Shown here: positions 39,654-49,703 of the stretch, in pieces | How positions within the stretch are numbered: position 1 is the first letter of the stretch | Layout: each line of letters starts with the position of its first letter | DNA from: Candidatus Binatia bacterium | Lineage (GTDB): Bacteria; Desulfobacterota; Binatia; HRBIN30 | Assembly: GCA_038245295.1 (NCBI GenBank) | Contig: JBBRSP010000020.1 | Location: 35,765 to 99,764, forward strand | Direction: 5' to 3' | DNA: 64,000 bases | The notes under the pieces: model-generated | Database searches by the model: none | The model's input: only the letters and a program-made list of their open reading frames with translations | What the model was told of the DNA's origin: nothing | Made by a program: the position numbers and the translations under genes

Positions 39654-42017
39654 TCAGTACAACTCCTCGCAGCACGGCTTCGGCGCGCTGCACACGTCGA
39701 AAGAGAAAGCGCTTGGCTCGCCGCGTAGCCGGGCGGCGGCGACGACGGCCTGGCCGAGAGCGATGCCGCCGTCGTTCGGCGGGACGCGGCGGTGACGGTA
39801 CACGCGGGTCCGCTGCAAGAGTCGCGTAGACACGTCGGTGGCGAGGCGCTCGTTCTGAAAGCAGCCACCGCTTAGCACGACGGGCAAGGTCCCATACGCG
39901 GCGAGACCTACGGCGACGACGTCGTCGGCCACCGCGGCGAGCGTTGCGTGGAAGCGGCCCGACACGAGGGAAGGCCGGAGCCCGCGGACGAGATCGCCCA
40001 CGACTGCGCGGACGGCGGGCCTCAGGTCGACGACGGCGGGCGCGCCGCGCCCGGCGACCTCGATTCCGAAGTCGTAGGGGCGCGCTTCGGCGGGATCGGC
40101 GGCGAACGCGAGCCGCGTCGCGACCTCGCCTTCGTACTGCGAGACCGGCAGCGCGAGGGCGAGGGCGCCGATCGCGTCGAAGTAGCGGCCGGCCCCGTGG
40201 GCCGCCGGACAGTTCAGGCTCGCCGCGAGCATGCGGCGCACCGCGGTGATGCGCGTCGTCTCGACGTCGTCGAAGAGGCGCAGGGCCTCCAGCGGCGGGT
40301 CGCCGTCGAACGCGTCGTCGACGAGGGCGAGCGCGATGCGCCACACCTCACGGATCGCGACGTCGCCGCCCGCCAGATGAAGGGGCCTCAGCGTGGCGAG
40401 TCGACGAAAGCCTGCGTGGTCGGCGGCGAGGAGTTCGCCTCCCCAGGCCGTGCCGTCGCCGCCGTCGCCGGTCCCGTCCCACGCGAGGCCCAGCACCGGT
40501 CCTTCGAGTCCGTGTTCTGCCATCGCGGCGGCGACGTGGGCGTGGTGGTGCTGCACCGCGATGCAAGTTCGTCCTTCCTGCGAGCGCGCCCAGCGCGTCG
40601 TGAAGTAGCCGGGATGGAGGTCGTGCACGAAGACCTCCGGCGTGATGCCGACGAAGCGCGAGAAGCGTTCGACTTCCTCGTCGAATGCGGCGCAGGCCTC
40701 GTGGGTCTCGAGGTCGCCGATGTGCGGTCCCATCCATGCGAGCTGACCTGCCGCGAGGCAGAACGCATTCTTCAGGTGGGCGCCGCACGCGAGCAGGGGC
40801 TGGGGGAACGTGCGCGACATCGACACGCTGGCGGGAACCCAGCCTCGGCCACGGCGCAGGACGACCGCGTCGCCGGCGATCACGCGCGCGACCGAATCGT
40901 CGCAGCGGGCGGCGATCGCGCGGTCGTGGACTAGGAGGGCGTCGGCGATCGCGCCGCCGAGGCCGGCCAGGGCCGCGGCATCGTCCGTGAACATCGGCTC
41001 GTCGCTGAGGTTGCCCGACGTCATCACCAGCGGCGCGCCGAATGCGCGCAAGATCAACTCGTGAAGGGGCGTGTACGGCAGCAGCAGCCCGACGAGCGGG
41101 ATTCCCGGCGCGATGCCGGCGGCGAGCGGTGTGCTGGCGCGGCGTTCGACCAGCACGATGGGTGCGGCGGCGGAGACCAGCAGTTCGCGGTCGCGATCGG
41201 TGAGCGACGCGACACGCTCGGCGTCGTCGATGGATGCGACCATCACCGCGAAGGGTTTCGCGTAGCGCCGCTTGCGCGAGCGCAGGGCCGACACCGCGGC
41301 TTCGGACGAGGCGTCGCAGGCGAGGTGGTAACCGCCGAGGCCCTTGATCGCGACGACGAGGCCGCGGCGAAGAAGCTGCGCCGCCTCGAGGATGGGATCG
41401 CCGCTCCTCGCGCAGCCGTCCGCGTCGAGGAGGCTGAGGCGCGGCCCGCAGTCGGGACAGGCAACGGGCTCCGCGTGGAAGCGGCGATCCCGGACGTCCT
41501 CGTACTCGGACCGGCAGGCCTCGCACATCGGGAACGGCGCCATCGTCGTGCGCTCGCGGTCCCAGGGGACGTCGAGCGCGACCGTGTAGCGCGGTCCGCA
41601 GCGCGTGCAGTTGGTGAAGGCGTAGAGGTGGCGCCGGTTGTCGGGGTCGAGAATCTCGCGCCGGCAGTCCGGGCAGAGGGCGAGGTCCGGGGGTAGGGAC
41701 GGCTGCCTTGCGCCGCCGTCCAGGCTGGGAACGATGCAGAAGGTCTTTGGGGGCTCGTCGGGGATCGCCTCCCAGTGGAGGCCGACGATGCGAGCGGCCG
41801 GCATCGGCGGGTGTTCGAGACTGCTGAGGAATCCGCCGAGGTTCGCGTCGGCGCCGAAGGCCTCGATCGTCACGCTGCCGGTGTCGTTCCAGACCCGGCC
41901 TGTCAGTTCGCGGCCTGTCGCGAGGCGATGCACCCAAGGCCGGAAGCCGACGCCCTGGACGGATCCTTCGATCCTGATCCTGAGTCCGCCGGTCACGCGT
42001 GTGGCCTGGTCAAGCAA
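39654..42017 (-). CDS. hypF: Carbamoyltransferase HypF
   Basis: VQGVGFRP, two zinc fingers, KGLGGYHL, HDLHP, QHHHAH, PPNDGG; TTG start after GGAGGG. Confidence 0.93.
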   Translation of the reverse strand: MLDQATRVTGGLRIRIEGSVQGVGFRPWVHRLATGRELTGRVWNDTGSVTIEAFGADANLGGFLSSLEHPPMPAARIVGLHWEAIPDEPPKTFCIVPSLDGGARQPSLPPDLALCPDCRREILDPDNRRHLYAFTNCTRCGPRYTVALDVPWDRERTTMAPFPMCEACRSEYEDVRDRRFHAEPVACPDCGPRLSLLDADGCARSGDPILEAAQLLRRGLVVAIKGLGGYHLACDASSEAAVSALRSRKRRYAKPFAVMVASIDDAERVASLTDRDRELLVSAAAPIVLVERRASTPLAAGIAPGIPLVGLLLPYTPLHELILRAFGAPLVMTSGNLSDEPMFTDDAAALAGLGGAIADALLVHDRAIAARCDDSVARVIAGDAVVLRRGRGWVPASVSMSRTFPQPLLACGAHLKNAFCLAAGQLAWMGPHIGDLETHEACAAFDEEVERFSRFVGITPEVFVHDLHPGYFTTRWARSQEGRTCIAVQHHHAHVAAAMAEHGLEGPVLGLAWDGTGDGGDGTAWGGELLAADHAGFRRLATLRPLHLAGGDVAIREVWRIALALVDDAFDGDPPLEALRLFDDVETTRITAVRRMLAASLNCPAAHGAGRYFDAIGALALALPVSQYEGEVATRLAFAADPAEARPYDFGIEVAGRGAPAVVDLRPAVRAVVGDLVRGLRPSLVSGRFHATLAAVADDVVAVGLAAYGTLPVVLSGGCFQNERLATDVSTRLLQRTRVYRHRRVPPNDGGIALGQAVVAAARLRGEPSAFSFDVCSAPKPCCEELY

Positions 42018-42043
42018 GTGCGTCCCTCCGCTCTCGAGGGTGG

Positions 42044-42059
42044 AGCACGATTCAGGCCA
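42044..42059 (-). promoter_or_regulatory. Putative sigma54 (-24/-12) promoter of the hyp-hyb operon
   Basis: TGGCCTGAATCGTGCT has exact GG-N10-GC spacing, 27 nt upstream of the hypF start. Confidence 0.55.
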
Positions 42060-42228
42060 TCGATGCGTGGAACGAGAGTAGCTGCCCGGACGTGACGACG
42101 CGGCGCGCGGGCGCGCCAGGCTTCCCTGGATTTGCGCATTGCGCCGGGAATTTCCCGAGAAGATGGAATTGCCGGGGGCGCCTCGGGAGGACGGTGTGGA
42201 AGGGGTCGCAGGCGGGCGAGCGAATCTC

Positions 42229-42276
42229 CGTATTCCCCGGGACACCCATCCGCGTATTCCCCGGGACACCCATCCG
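42229..42276 (+). repeat. Perfect 24 bp tandem duplication
   Basis: CGTATTCCCCGGGACACCCATCCG x2; related motif at 61308-61323 and 30321. Confidence 0.9.
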
Positions 42277-42374
42277 TGAAAGGCGTCGCTCTTGTTGGTT
42301 TATCAAGTAGTTGGTCCGAACACCCTGGGGGAGTATCGTCCTCGACGCGGGTGGGTGTCCGCCAGCGCCCGCTC
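42263..42374 (+). repeat. Right imperfect direct repeat flanking the hydrogenase island
   Basis: Homologous to 30321-30425. Confidence 0.8.
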
Positions 42375-42695
42375 GGAAGAACGTTTGCTGGACCTCATCG
42401 CGCCATTCCTCGGGTGACTCGTTACCGAGCACCGCCTCGAAGATGAGATCGGGGAGTTTGTGCTCGAGCCCAGGGCCGATCCACAGCCGTGACTGTGGAT
42501 ACGCCTTGGCCACGTCGCCGGCGGACAGGTGATGAACCCGGTTGGGGGCGACCGCGTAGGTGACCGATCCGAGTGCGTCGAGCTCATCGCGGAGCTGGTT
42601 ATCCAAGGCCACCGGCGAGTGCAGCAGGAGACGATTGCCGGATAGTGCGCCGACGGCGCTTGGGAGTGCCACCGATGGCTGATGTACCCGAGCTT
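42374..42695 (-). pseudogene. Duplicated internal fragment of the DUF4336 gene fused to a copy of the permease 3' end
   Basis: 42374-42646 matches 27917-28189 (about 15 mismatches in 273 nt); 42651-42695 matches 29471-29515. Confidence 0.9.
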
Positions 42696-42761
42696 ACGAG
42701 CGGATAGCTGCCACCGACCCCCCCGGTGGGCTGCCGGCCGCCTAGCATCCGGCGCATTCCC

Positions 42762-44968
42762 TCACCGCTCGACGGGCATCGTGGTGTCGCCGAGTAATCG
42801 GTACGCCTTGCGAGTCGCCCAAGGTTGGGTGGACGTGAACGCCTGATCCCCAAGGGTAACCTGCTGCCGAATATCGAGACGATTTGCGTCGGGAGCTGGA
42901 ACGAGTGCTCGCCCGTTGATCAGGTATTGCAGTTGTCCATACTTCCAAAGCTTGCGGACGATCCATTTCTTGATCCCCGGGCCCGGCAAGTGGTGTGTGT
43001 AAATGTACCGGGCCCCGCTGCTGCCGATGTCGTGGCTGTCCATCCGTGCTGCCGGGATCTCGAATCGGAACCATGGAACACCGCCCTGGTACGCCAGGGC
43101 GACTACCATACCGATGGATCCCATCGTGTCGATCTCCGTCGCAGGAAGGGCGCGCGCGTGCAGCGTGTATCGATAGAGTCCGTCGCGTTATGGACACAGG
43201 TGTGCCGGGTCGCGGAACAGTGGGCCACACTGGCAGTCCACCACGTCGGCACAGTCGACGAGACCGTCGCCGTCATTGTGGTGGCTGTCGCGGTAGGGGT
43301 GCGCGTCGGTGTATCGCTGGGCGTGCGGGTTGGTGTCGCGGTCGCTGTTTTGGTCACCGTCGGCGTCGGTATAGGAGCAAGCAGCAGCCCGGCGTCGATC
43401 GTCATGTCGCGTTGTCCCGAGAATACCGTCGTCAGCGGGCTGCAACCGTCTTCGGGATCGGCGTCGCTACAACCTCTTCGTTCGGGGAATTGTGTGGAGG
43501 GCTGAAGATCTGTCCAGTCGGTGCCTTGAACTCGACCATGTATGTTCCGGGTGGGGTTTCGAAGGTGTATTCCCCGGTAACGCTCGTCGTTGTTGTGGCA
43601 ATCACGGCGTTGCTCGAACTGTAGAGAGTTACCGTTACCCCGGGAAAGCCCTCCCCCGGTTCCTGCACACCGTCGCCATCCTCATCGTGCCAGACCAGGT
43701 GGCCGATGGCCGCGTTCTGGTACAAGCCCGCGTCGATGGTGAGGTTGGTGCCCCCGGAACACAGGAGGATCAACGCGCTGCGACCGGCACTCGGATCGAT
43801 ATTGCTGTCGAGCGCATCGTTGGTGCCCCGGTGCTGCAGAGTAATGCGATACGTGGGCGGGGGAACTACCTCGACCAGGTAGTCTCCCGGGCGCAAGCCG
43901 TCGAACAGGTAGAACCCGGCAACAATGGTCGTGGTCGTTCCGACCAGGGTATTACTCCGGTCGTACAGTCGAACCGTGATGTCTCCCATTCCCGATTCGC
44001 CGGCGTCCTGAATGCCATCGCCATCGCGATCGAGCCATACGAAATCGCCCAGGTTCGCCGGCTGATACACGCCGGCATCGATCGTCCCATTGGTGGTCCC
44101 TGGGGCCAGGACGATTGTTGCCGTGCGCCCGCTCAGCGGATCGGCGTCGCTGTCGAGGCTGTCATCTGCACCGCTGTCCGGTGGGGCGAAGGAATAGCCA
44201 CCGGGGAGCACGAAGCCGATCGTGTAGGGCTCGGGTGCGACGTTGTCGAACAAGTAGAAACCCGTCCCATTGGTCGTCGTTGTCGCGATGATCCGATTGC
44301 TTGAGTCGTAGAGGTTGACCGTGACTCCGGCGAGGCCTGCCTCGCCGGGGGTCTGGAGGCCGTCGGCGTTCGCGTCGATCCATACGAGGTCTCCCAATGA
44401 GCCTGGTTTTGGCGACGGCGACGGCGTGGATGTTCGCGTGCCGGTCAGGGTCACGGTCGACGTTAGCATCGGCGTGGTGGTTGGCGTCAATGTGTTTGTG
44501 CGTGTCCGCGTTGACGTGCGGGTCGGCGTCGATGTCCGGCTGGGCGTAGCCGACGCTGTCTCGGTCGGTGTCGACGTTGCGGTCGGGGTTGACGTGTTGG
44601 TGGGCGTCTCCGCACTGGTTGGCGTGCGGCTAGTCGTTGGTGTGTTGGTTTGCGTCGACGTGAGGCTCGGCGTGGCTGATGGTGTGTCGGTTGGGGTTGA
44701 CGTTCTAGTGGGCGTTCGTGTTGGCGACAGGGCTGGCGCCTGGCTCTGTGTTGCTGTCGGTGTCAACGTTGGACAGAAGAGTGCCGTTACGTGCGTTTTC
44801 GGGAACGGCAGCGACGCCGGCGATCCCAGATAATTGGTGCAGTCGGTGCGCGAGGTCGGGAACACGTCCACCAGTTGGTTCGAGACGATCGGGTCGAGGT
44901 TGACGCGGAACGTAAGGAGGCGCGGGCGGAAACGGGCATGTGGAGCGACTGAACGCGGTTGGGAGCGT
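42762..44968 (-). pseudogene. Decayed surface protein with SdrD/Cna-B-like repeats and Thr/Pro linkers
   Basis: Three GD/H-x-VW-x-D-x-(N/D)-x-DG-x-Q repeats; frameshifts near 43440 and 43280, in-frame TAA at 43188-43190, no 5' start or signal peptide. Confidence 0.8.
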
Positions 44969-45050
44969 GATCAAACCTGGGGACCGTGCGATTGAGGCGA
45001 ACAAGAACGATTGGTAAGAGGCGTCGCGTCTCGAGAAGGAGAAGACTTCG

Positions 45051-45752
45051 ATGGCGCATGATGTAAAGACAGCGACGATTGAGATTGCGGGGCCTGCCGG
45101 TAAGGTGCGTGCTTACGAGGCGCGGCCCGCGAGTCCGGGGCCACATCCGGCGGTGATCGTGATTCAGGAGTGGTGGGGCCTGAATTCCCACATTCAAGAC
45201 GTGGCGGAGCGCTTTGCACGCGAAGGCTACATCGCCGTCGCCCCTGATATGTACTCGCGTCAGGACAACCAGGTGACAACCGACCCCAACGTCGCGGGTA
45301 AGCTGATGGGCGGTCTCGCCAAGCCAGATGGCGCTGCCGACTTGCTTGCCGTCGTCGCGCACATCAAGAAAGACAAAGGCGGCAACGGCCGCATCGGCGT
45401 CACCGGGTACTGCATGGGTGGCAGCTTTACGAGCTCTTTGGCGTGCGCCAGTCCGGACATTCAAGCCGCCGCCGCATTCTACGGCGAGATCCCGGATGAC
45501 GCGACGTTGGCGCAGTTACACTGTCCGCTGCTGTATGTGTGGGGAAGCGCTGATTTCTGGATTCAGCGCCCCGAGGTTGATCGACTTGCCGCAACTCTCG
45601 AGCGCCTCGGTAAGCCCGGTGAGGTCAAGATCTACGAAGGCGCGCCGCACGCGTTCTTCAACGACACGCGCCCCGATGTTTACCGCCCGGACGAGGCGAA
45701 GGATGCCTGGCAGCGGACGCTGACGCTATTTGCTTCGAGCCTGAAGAGTTAG
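45051..45752 (+). CDS. Dienelactone hydrolase family protein
   Basis: IQEWWGLN, GYCMGG nucleophile elbow, APHAFFND. Confidence 0.93.
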   Translation: MAHDVKTATIEIAGPAGKVRAYEARPASPGPHPAVIVIQEWWGLNSHIQDVAERFAREGYIAVAPDMYSRQDNQVTTDPNVAGKLMGGLAKPDGAADLLAVVAHIKKDKGGNGRIGVTGYCMGGSFTSSLACASPDIQAAAAFYGEIPDDATLAQLHCPLLYVWGSADFWIQRPEVDRLAATLERLGKPGEVKIYEGAPHAFFNDTRPDVYRPDEAKDAWQRTLTLFASSLKS

Positions 45753-45794
45753 TGAGCCTGGCGGTATTGGAGCATACCACCGCTGGCTCTGCTC

Positions 45795-46265
45795 CTACTC
45801 GTGGAGTTGTTGCGCCAGATAGTGCGACTCGCCGAGTGTCTTGATCAGGTCGAGTTGTGTCTCGAGCCAATCGAGGTGCTCCTCTTCCGAAACGAGGAGC
45901 TTCTCCAATAGGTCGCGGCTACCGTTGTCACCGACTTCGACGGCGAGGGCGATGCTTTTGTTGAGCTTGGCGATGGCGGCGACCTCGAGGTCGAGATCGA
46001 GTTTGAGTTGCTCCGGCACGGTTTCCCCGATGCGGACCTTGTTCATGCGCTGCATGTTGGGAATCCCTTCCAGGAACAAGATCCGCTCGATCAACTCGTC
46101 GGCGTGTTTCATCTCGCCGATCGATTCCTTGTGGTCGATCGCCGCCAAGCGCTTGAAACCCCAATTGGCGCACATCTTGGCGTGAATGAAGTACTGGTTG
46201 ATGCCCGTAAGCTCTGCCGTCAGAATCTCGTTCAGCGCTTCGATCAGACTAGCGTTGCCTTTCAT
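45795..46265 (-). CDS. bfr: Bacterioferritin
   Basis: MKG start, ELTGINQYFIH, ESIGEMKHAD (heme Met), EEEHLDWLETQ. Confidence 0.97.
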   Translation of the reverse strand: MKGNASLIEALNEILTAELTGINQYFIHAKMCANWGFKRLAAIDHKESIGEMKHADELIERILFLEGIPNMQRMNKVRIGETVPEQLKLDLDLEVAAIAKLNKSIALAVEVGDNGSRDLLEKLLVSEEEHLDWLETQLDLIKTLGESHYLAQQLHE

Positions 46266-46288
46266 GGGATGTCCTCCTGCTGTTTCGA

Positions 46289-46510
46289 TCAGGCCGCGGC
46301 GGCTGATTCATTGACGCTCGGTTCAGAGTCCGCCGTACGATGCGCTTTCGCCGCTTCCTCGCGCAAAATCTCGCAGACCTCCCTACGACAGGGTTCACAG
46401 CACCGCGCCGCACCGGTGCGCCCCTGGATGCCGCCCAGGGTTTGCACGCCTTCGGCGACAAGGCGCCGGATGATCGTATCGCTTATGCCCCTACAATGAC
46501 AGACGATCAT
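46289..46510 (-). CDS. bfd: Bacterioferritin-associated [2Fe-2S] ferredoxin
   Basis: MIVCHC...CCEPC directly upstream of bfr. Confidence 0.9.
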   Translation of the reverse strand: MIVCHCRGISDTIIRRLVAEGVQTLGGIQGRTGAARCCEPCRREVCEILREEAAKAHRTADSEPSVNESAAAA

Positions 46511-46528
46511 TGGACGACTCCCTCCGGT

Positions 46529-48136
46529 TTAGAATCCGAACGCCGATCCGATCATGACGATGTGCGCGTTGTCCTCTCCGGACTGAGCCGGCAAGAAGTT
46601 GGTGACGTTCGACAACGACTGCCCGGCGTTGGTCTGCGTGTATTCATAAGCCAACTGGAAGGCGACGAGCGGAACCGGGCGATAGGCCATGCCAAAGGTG
46701 AAGCGATCGACGCGACGGTTCTGTGCATTGAAGTCCGTCAGTTGGGTTCCTTCGAATCCGACTTCGTCGACGAGATCGTCGAGCCACACCTGTTCGCCGC
46801 GCAGCACACCGACGAGTTGCGGATTGGCGAAGCTCCTGCCGAGGAAGGTCTCGTTTAGAATGGCCGGCCAGAAGCGGTAGCGCGCTTCGAGCCAGTAGCC
46901 GTATCGGTTACGCGCCAGGTTGGCGAGGTTGAACTCGATCTCCGAGCTCAAGCCCGGGTCGCTGCTGCCCGATGACTTGTCGACGGCATACCGGGCCAGG
47001 GACTGGGCGACCTGACGTGTCCCTTCGAAGCGCGTGAACACCCATTGCCCCTCGAGCTCGAAGGGGCCCTTGCCCGTGCGACCGTCGAGCGCCAGCGACC
47101 ACAGGTCCTGCTTGCCGAGGAAGTCTGGTGTGTATTGGCCGTAGTACCAGGAGCCGGCGATCTCGTGACCGAGTGCGGGGCTGAAGGCGAGTCTGCCGGT
47201 CACTGCCTTTGAATCCTTCACGTCGGCCGCGAAGCCGCCGGTCGACGGGGTGATTTTTACTTCCGTCAGGCTCACCGGCCTGTCGCCGTTCGCCGTCGCG
47301 CTCTGGGTCACCGTTTCGATCTCGGTATCGAGAGCGACGCCGTTGACGACGTAGATCTGGTAGCCGAGATCGGCGTCGTCGGTGAGGTGAATGTCGCCGA
47401 GGAATCCCATTCCCAGTTCGTCCCATGCCGCGGTGGATGGCAACACCGAGACCCCGCGATCGACAAGCGATCGGCGCGGCAGGTCCCAGCGGTTGTCGTC
47501 GTGGTTGATGTTGAAGCGACCGAGCGGGACCAGGACGGCGCCGCCGCGATACTTCAACCAGTCGGCAATATCGTACTGCATCCATGCCTGTTCGAGGGAG
47601 ATCTCCGAATTGTTGGTGCTCTCGATACCAATCTCCGATTTGACGCCGCCGTCGGACGACCGCAGCGTCTTCTCGACCTCCAGTTTGCGGAACCGTTCAA
47701 ACTCGAGCTCGACGTACGAGTGCAGGCGCGGGGCGATGTTGGCGTCGACGGTCAAGACGAGGCGGCGCAGAGTGAAGGTATGTTTCTGTTCCTTGAGCGA
47801 CGAACCTTCATAACGCATCGAGCCGTAGCCACCGAGTTTGACGCGATCGACAACCTCGCGACCAAACTGCGTCACCGCGTTGGTTGCCGCCGGCGGGTTC
47901 GCCACCGGGCTGACACTCGGTTGTGCCGCCACCACGGGCGCGGCGGCGGGCGTCGGCGCCGGTGCTGCAACGGTGGCCGGCGCGGATTCCTTTTGCTTGC
48001 GTAGCTCTTGCTTGAGCTCTTGGATCTCACGCTCCATGCGCTCGAGCTTTACCTCCAGCGGCTCTTTCGCCGCCGCCACGCAAGGCATGGCTATAAGTGC
48101 CGCCAACACGGCGGAACCGAAATTCATTCGCTTCAT
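46529..48136 (-). CDS. Outer-membrane beta-barrel / porin with N-terminal coiled coil
   Basis: Signal peptide, coiled coil, Pro/Ala linker, KLGGYG, ELEFE, LEQAW, alternating beta-strands, terminal Phe; GAGGAGG site. Confidence 0.8.
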   Translation of the reverse strand: MKRMNFGSAVLAALIAMPCVAAAKEPLEVKLERMEREIQELKQELRKQKESAPATVAAPAPTPAAAPVVAAQPSVSPVANPPAATNAVTQFGREVVDRVKLGGYGSMRYEGSSLKEQKHTFTLRRLVLTVDANIAPRLHSYVELEFERFRKLEVEKTLRSSDGGVKSEIGIESTNNSEISLEQAWMQYDIADWLKYRGGAVLVPLGRFNINHDDNRWDLPRRSLVDRGVSVLPSTAAWDELGMGFLGDIHLTDDADLGYQIYVVNGVALDTEIETVTQSATANGDRPVSLTEVKITPSTGGFAADVKDSKAVTGRLAFSPALGHEIAGSWYYGQYTPDFLGKQDLWSLALDGRTGKGPFELEGQWVFTRFEGTRQVAQSLARYAVDKSSGSSDPGLSSEIEFNLANLARNRYGYWLEARYRFWPAILNETFLGRSFANPQLVGVLRGEQVWLDDLVDEVGFEGTQLTDFNAQNRRVDRFTFGMAYRPVPLVAFQLAYEYTQTNAGQSLSNVTNFLPAQSGEDNAHIVMIGSAFGF

Positions 48137-48186
48137 CGGAATCGCCTCCTCGACTATTGAGAAAAAATTGGTCTCGACCTCATGGA

Positions 48187-48702
48187 TCACTCCGGCGGGA
48201 AATCACGCCGCGGGCTGGCGAACCACATCTCGCCGATCGGCACGACGATGTAGGCGCCAAACCCAAGCCACTCGGCGATCCATGCGAACAATAGGCCCCA
48301 GGAGAATGCGGCTGAGGCGTAACGGATCAGCCACGGCATGATCAGATCGAGTGCCAATCCAACCATGCCGAGGATCAGAAAAAATCGCTTCCAGAACGCG
48401 TCCAGCGTGCTGGCGACGAAAAGATGCGCCAGGACGAGATACACGACACCCATGATGAAGGCGTGGAAATGTGTGCCCTCGACAAGTTGGCGAAATGTCT
48501 TTTCGAAGGTCATCTCGGCGCCGAGCTCACCGCCACGATAGAACGCTGCGATACGCGTTGGGGTCAGCCCGATGTGACCGATCTGAAAGGCGCCCGACGT
48601 CGCCATACCGATGGCGACGAACAACAAGAATGCCGTGTAGATGAGACGAATCTCGAGGCGCGCGTATCGCAGCAGATAGCTATTCCCGGCAAAGGCTTTC
48701 AC
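48187..48702 (-). CDS. Small multi-pass membrane protein with His cluster (function unknown)
   Basis: GTG start overlaps apbE stop, AAGGAG site; about 4 hydrophobic helices; THFHAFIMGVVYLVLAHLF. Confidence 0.75.
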   Translation of the reverse strand: MKAFAGNSYLLRYARLEIRLIYTAFLLFVAIGMATSGAFQIGHIGLTPTRIAAFYRGGELGAEMTFEKTFRQLVEGTHFHAFIMGVVYLVLAHLFVASTLDAFWKRFFLILGMVGLALDLIMPWLIRYASAAFSWGLLFAWIAEWLGFGAYIVVPIGEMWFASPRRDFPPE

Positions 48703-49703
48703 AGCAGCGGCTCCTTGATCTGCGTGTGCGCGTTGTCGGCGCGGAACGTGACGCGGCCGAGCCTGGTCCAACCCTTTGTAGAGGCAATGATAGCCCCCTC
48801 GAGCAGGGGGGCGGCGGCGATTGTTGCGTGGCCCGTGCGCGACTGTTCGATCAGTAGAGCCTTCGAATAGGCTTCCGCGTCGGTGGCGTTGTTGGCAACC
48901 ACGACCGCCAGCGCCGCGGCTCGCAGCGGCAGGCCATCGCGTGGATCAATGATGTGTCCAACTCGCCGCGCCGCGATGCGATGTTCGTGACCGAATACGC
49001 TGGATACCGAGAGTGCCTGATTGCACAGGGTGAGGGTCCCGAGCCGCCGCGCTGAGTCGAGGCTGCGCAGCGATAGTCGCCAACCCGATGCCCCCGCCGG
49101 AGCGCCCATGGCGAAGACGCTGCTTTCACCGAGGTTCAGCAAGGCGCGATTGATTCCGCTGCGACGCAGGATGTCGACGCAGGTGTCGATGGCGTAGCCC
49201 TTGGCGATACCGTCGAAGTCGTAGATCTCGCCGGTCCCACGGCGGATGATGTGATCACCGATCATCGGTGCACCGGTAGCTGAGGGCAGCGCGGCGCTGA
49301 CCGTTGCCGGTGCCGGCCAGGTGGAAGCTGCTCTCCAGATCTGGCTCAAACGTCCGATGCGGGCGTCGAAACGGCCGCCGGTCTGCTGTGTCAGCGCGAG
49401 GGATCGACTCAGAAGGTCCTGCATCTCCGAGCTGATGGCGACCGACGGCGACTCGGCGGCGTTGAGATGATTGAGCTCACTGTCCGGATCGTAGCGCGAA
49501 AAATGCGACTCCAGGGCGCGCGCCCGTTGAAAACACTGGCGCATCGCCGCGCGTGCCGATACGGGGGCGCCGTGTTCGGCGGTGATCGAGAAGTAGGTGC
49601 CCATCACGTAGTGCACTTCGGTCAGCTGCTCGGCGTCCAGCGGCCTTGCGGCGCAGGCGAAGAATACGCCGCTGAGTAACAGGCGATGGAGCGGTCGACT
49701 CAT
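48699..49703 (-). CDS. apbE: FAD:protein FMN transferase
   Basis: VMGT, SRYDPDSEL, GRFD, DFDGIAKGYAID, HIIDPRDG, DAEAYSKA. Confidence 0.9.
   Translation of the reverse strand: MSRPLHRLLLSGVFFACAARPLDAEQLTEVHYVMGTYFSITAEHGAPVSARAAMRQCFQRARALESHFSRYDPDSELNHLNAAESPSVAISSEMQDLLSRSLALTQQTGGRFDARIGRLSQIWRAASTWPAPATVSAALPSATGAPMIGDHIIRRGTGEIYDFDGIAKGYAIDTCVDILRRSGINRALLNLGESSVFAMGAPAGASGWRLSLRSLDSARRLGTLTLCNQALSVSSVFGHEHRIAARRVGHIIDPRDGLPLRAAALAVVVANNATDAEAYSKALLIEQSRTGHATIAAAPLLEGAIIASTKGWTRLGRVTFRADNAHTQIKEPLL

Noticed and set aside
42229..42276. Possible CRISPR array
   Set aside because: Only two adjacent 24 bp copies with no spacer, and no cas genes in the window.
44400..44770. Low-complexity repeat as a mobile or regulatory element
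   Set aside because: It is simply the Thr/Pro linker coding sequence of the surface-protein pseudogene.
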